DNA from: Clostridiales bacterium
GTDB taxonomy: Bacteria > Bacillota > Clostridia > Acetivibrionales > DUMC01
Assembly (NCBI GenBank): GCA_035362115.1
Contig: DAOSDD010000002.1
Coordinates: 1-50,919, forward strand
Direction of reading: 5' to 3'
DNA: 50,919 bases
Below the pieces are notes generated by a model, which saw only the letters and a program-made list of their open reading frames with translations, searched no databases and had not been told where the DNA came from. The position numbers and the translations under genes are program-made. Position 1 is the first letter of the stretch. Each line of letters opens with the position of its first letter. Positions 48,394 through 50,919 of the stretch are shown piece by piece.

Positions 48394-48490
48394 TACTACT
48401 ATGTCAATTCGGAAAGCGATGTATTCCTTACGGGTCAGCAAAAATTACCCTCCAGAAATGCGCTTTCCATTGGCAACATAACAAAGTAGA
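48394..48490 (+). repeat. Palindromic intergenic repeat (TACTACT...AGTAGTA family), 97-nt copy
   Basis: TACTACTATGTCAATTCGGAAAGCG...CGCTTTCCATTGGCAACATAACAAAGTAGA. It starts 6 nt after the SBP stop codon and ends 30 nt before lspA. Confidence 0.85.
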
Positions 48491-48519
48491 ATTAAATATG
48501 ATCACGGGAGAGAATAAAC

Positions 48520-48990
48520 ATGGGAAACATACTTTGGATTGCTATAATAATATTAATAACTGCTGCCGATCAAGTTTCCAAGTATATTGTTATTAAAAGC
48601 GTTGAAACAGGACAGCTTATACCTGTTATAAATAATTTCTTTTATATAACATATCATGAAAATGCAGGTGCTGCATGGGGCATATTGCAGAACAAGAGGT
48701 ATATTTTTATATTTTTGACTATCGTAATATCAATTGTAATGATATATGTATTATTCAAGACAAAGGACAAGATGCTCAAACTAGCCTTATCTTTTGTTCT
48801 TGGAGGTGCTATGGGTAACTTAATCGACAGGATTATAAAAGGTAGTGTTGCAGATTTTCTAGATTTTTATTTTGGGAAATACAATTTCCCCACTTTTAAT
48901 GTAGCTGATTCCTTTGTAGTAATAGGTACTATTATTTTAGCTGTTTATTTATTGTTTTACTATGAGGAAACGGAAATAATAAAGTTATAG
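48520..48990 (+). CDS. lspA: Lipoprotein signal peptidase (signal peptidase II)
   Basis: 156 aa with 4 TM segments, NxGAAWG (ENAGAAWG) and FNVADS. Confidence 0.93.
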   Translation: MGNILWIAIIILITAADQVSKYIVIKSVETGQLIPVINNFFYITYHENAGAAWGILQNKRYIFIFLTIVISIVMIYVLFKTKDKMLKLALSFVLGGAMGNLIDRIIKGSVADFLDFYFGKYNFPTFNVADSFVVIGTIILAVYLLFYYEETEIIKL

Positions 48991-49064
48991 CTAGGAATCC
49001 GCTTTTATGGTTCAGACTTTCCGAGCAGGCTTCCTGGGAATAGTTAAAAAGGAAATAGCTGAAA

Positions 49065-49997
49065 ATGAAAATTTTAAAATTAGTTTCTGATACAAACAAT
49101 GAGAGGCTGGATGCATGGCTGGCCACCAAACTTAAGGAATATTCGCGCTCATACCTGCAAAAGCTTATTAGTGAGGGTTTTATTTTTATTGGCAATAATA
49201 ATGTAAAACCAAACTACAAGCTTAAAATAGGCGAGGAAATCCTCATAAAAATACCTGAGGCTGAGAAGCTTGCCGTAGAGCCTGAGAATATAGCTCTTGA
49301 TATTATTTATGAAGATGATTGCATCCTGGTTATAAATAAACCTAAGGGGATGGTTGTACACCCTGCTGCAGGCAATTATTCGGGAACTCTGGTTAATGCA
49401 GTTTTAAACTACTGTGGAGACAAGCTTTCGGATATAAACGGTATTATCAGACCAGGTATTGTCCACAGACTGGACAAAGACACTTCCGGCATATTAGTTA
49501 TTGCTAAAAATAATGAGGCTCATAAATTGCTTTCTCAAAAGCTTAAAGCCCGTGATGTGAAAAGGGTATATGCCGCATTGGTTAAAGGTATAATAAAAGA
49601 AAACAGCGGTAGAATCCAGCTGCCAATAGGAAGACATCCAGTTGATAGAAAGAAAATGGCTGTTAATCCCAAAAACGGAAGAGAGGCAATAACAAATTTT
49701 AAAGTACTTGAGAGGTTTGGAGATTCAACATATGTTGAAATAAGTCTTGAAACCGGGAGGACTCATCAAATTCGGGTTCATATGGCCTATATCGGTCATC
49801 CGGTTATTGGAGATGAAGTTTACGGAGGAAAGCAGAAAGAATATGGTCAAAATAACATGAAAGGCCAGGTTCTACATGCAAAGCTGATAGGATTTAATCA
49901 TCCGGCTACAGGTGAGTATGTGGAGTATGAAGCATCATTACCTGAATATTTCAAAAGTCTCCTGGCAGAAAAAAGCTCGAATAATGTCAAAATATAA
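49065..49997 (+). CDS. rluD: RluA-family 23S rRNA pseudouridine synthase (RluD/YlyB type)
   Basis: An N-terminal S4 domain, the catalytic motif HRLDKDTSG, and GRTHQIRVH. Confidence 0.92.
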   Translation: MKILKLVSDTNNERLDAWLATKLKEYSRSYLQKLISEGFIFIGNNNVKPNYKLKIGEEILIKIPEAEKLAVEPENIALDIIYEDDCILVINKPKGMVVHPAAGNYSGTLVNAVLNYCGDKLSDINGIIRPGIVHRLDKDTSGILVIAKNNEAHKLLSQKLKARDVKRVYAALVKGIIKENSGRIQLPIGRHPVDRKKMAVNPKNGREAITNFKVLERFGDSTYVEISLETGRTHQIRVHMAYIGHPVIGDEVYGGKQKEYGQNNMKGQVLHAKLIGFNHPATGEYVEYEASLPEYFKSLLAEKSSNNVKI

Positions 49998-50061
49998 AAT
50001 AGCTATAGACAAGAATTTCTAAATGTGATATTATAAATATAATTAATTTTAATTTAATATA

Positions 50062-50175
50062 GACCTTTTAAATAAGTCCTGTGAGGCTGCAAAGGTATAC
50101 AAATAACAAGGTATGACAAATACCGGACAAAACTACTAAAACGTGCTTCTTGCATTCTTGCAGAAGCTTTTTTAA
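50062..50175 (+). promoter_or_regulatory. PyrR-binding attenuator (binding stem-loop 50062-50097 plus terminator 50145-50175)
   Basis: GACCTTT-TAAATAAGTCCTGTGAGGCTGC-AAAGGT contains the AGUCC..GAGGCU PyrR box. It is followed by GCTTCTTGCA-TTCT-TGCAGAAGC and TTTTTT. Confidence 0.75.
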
Positions 50176-50188
50176 TGTAAAATAATAG

Positions 50189-50776
<588 letters not shown>

Positions 50777-50787
50777 AGATTTTAAAT

Positions 50788-50817
50788 AGTAAGGAGTATA
50801 TCCTTACTATTTTTTTG
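50788..50817 (+). terminator. Intrinsic terminator after pyrR
   Basis: AGTAAGGA-GTATA-TCCTTACT followed by ATTTTTTT. Confidence 0.75.
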
Positions 50818-50864
50818 AGATATATTGATACCATTAAAAAACTCAGAAAAAAGGATGGGAGATA

Positions 50865-50919
50865 ATGAATCTTAAATCTAAAGATTTGCTGGGACTGAAA
50901 GACCTCACAGCAGAGGAAA
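50865..50919 (+). CDS. pyrB: Aspartate carbamoyltransferase catalytic subunit, N-terminal 18 codons only (cut by window edge)
   Basis: MNLKSKDLLGLKDLTAEE resembles clostridial PyrB N-termini. A GGATGGGAG SD is present. The gene lies downstream of pyrR. Confidence 0.55.
   Translation, partial: MNLKSKDLLGLKDLTAEE

Noticed and set aside
50788-50817. Second PyrR attenuator between pyrR and pyrB
   Set aside because: The hairpin plus U-run is a plain terminator. No AGUCC...GAGGCU PyrR box precedes it in the 90-nt spacer.

Overview
AT-rich chromosomal core region of an endospore-forming Firmicute. Gene content points to class Clostridia (scfA/scfB SCIFF pair, type-A RNase P RNA, yqfC/yqfD, spoVS, SpoIID-like gene); the species cannot be determined by eye. 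Gene order parallels four Bacillus subtilis neighbourhoods: (1) yqfC-yqfD-phoH-pgpH-ybeY-cdd-era-yqzL-recO ... dnaG-sigA-trmK-yqfO; (2) queA-tgt-yajC ... secD-secF; (3) tepA-ylzJ ... ftsK-rny-ymdB-spoVS-pgeF; (4) lspA-rluD-pyrR-pyrB. I call about 47 protein genes. Two are cut by the window edges, and two are small ORFs missing from the supplied track (yqzL and the SCIFF precursor). I also call 3 tRNAs, rnpB, a PyrR attenuator, several near-consensus sigma-A promoters and many intrinsic terminators. Accessory content is limited to an HD-GYP gene, a stand-alone CBM25-like gene, a Gfo/Idh/MocA oxidoreductase plus AraC regulator wedged between rnpB and tepA, a dCache chemoreceptor wedged between ylzJ and ftsK, and an orphan family-5 solute-binding lipoprotein. 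I saw no CRISPR array, transposase, prophage or recognisable defence genes, and no convincing multi-gene novel protein system. The unexplained signals are mostly non-coding: (i) a family of 78-99 nt imperfect palindromic intergenic repeats (TACTACT...AGTAGTA), with 4 full copies and 1 half copy; (ii) a leader-like region upstream of the TIGR04086-type membrane gene that carries eight to nine tandem GAG-containing heptamers, a 5-codon mini-ORF and a terminator with a possible competing long-range pairing; (iii) a MITE-like 110-nt inverted repeat flanked by an 11-nt direct repeat, with a solo arm 3.3 kb away; (iv) the SCIFF ranthipeptide pair, which is a known family of unknown function; (v) an 825-aa nucleotidyltransferase whose phosphohexomutase-like half appears to have lost all four catalytic signature loops. 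All coordinates of non-coding elements were counted by hand and may be off by 1-2 nt.
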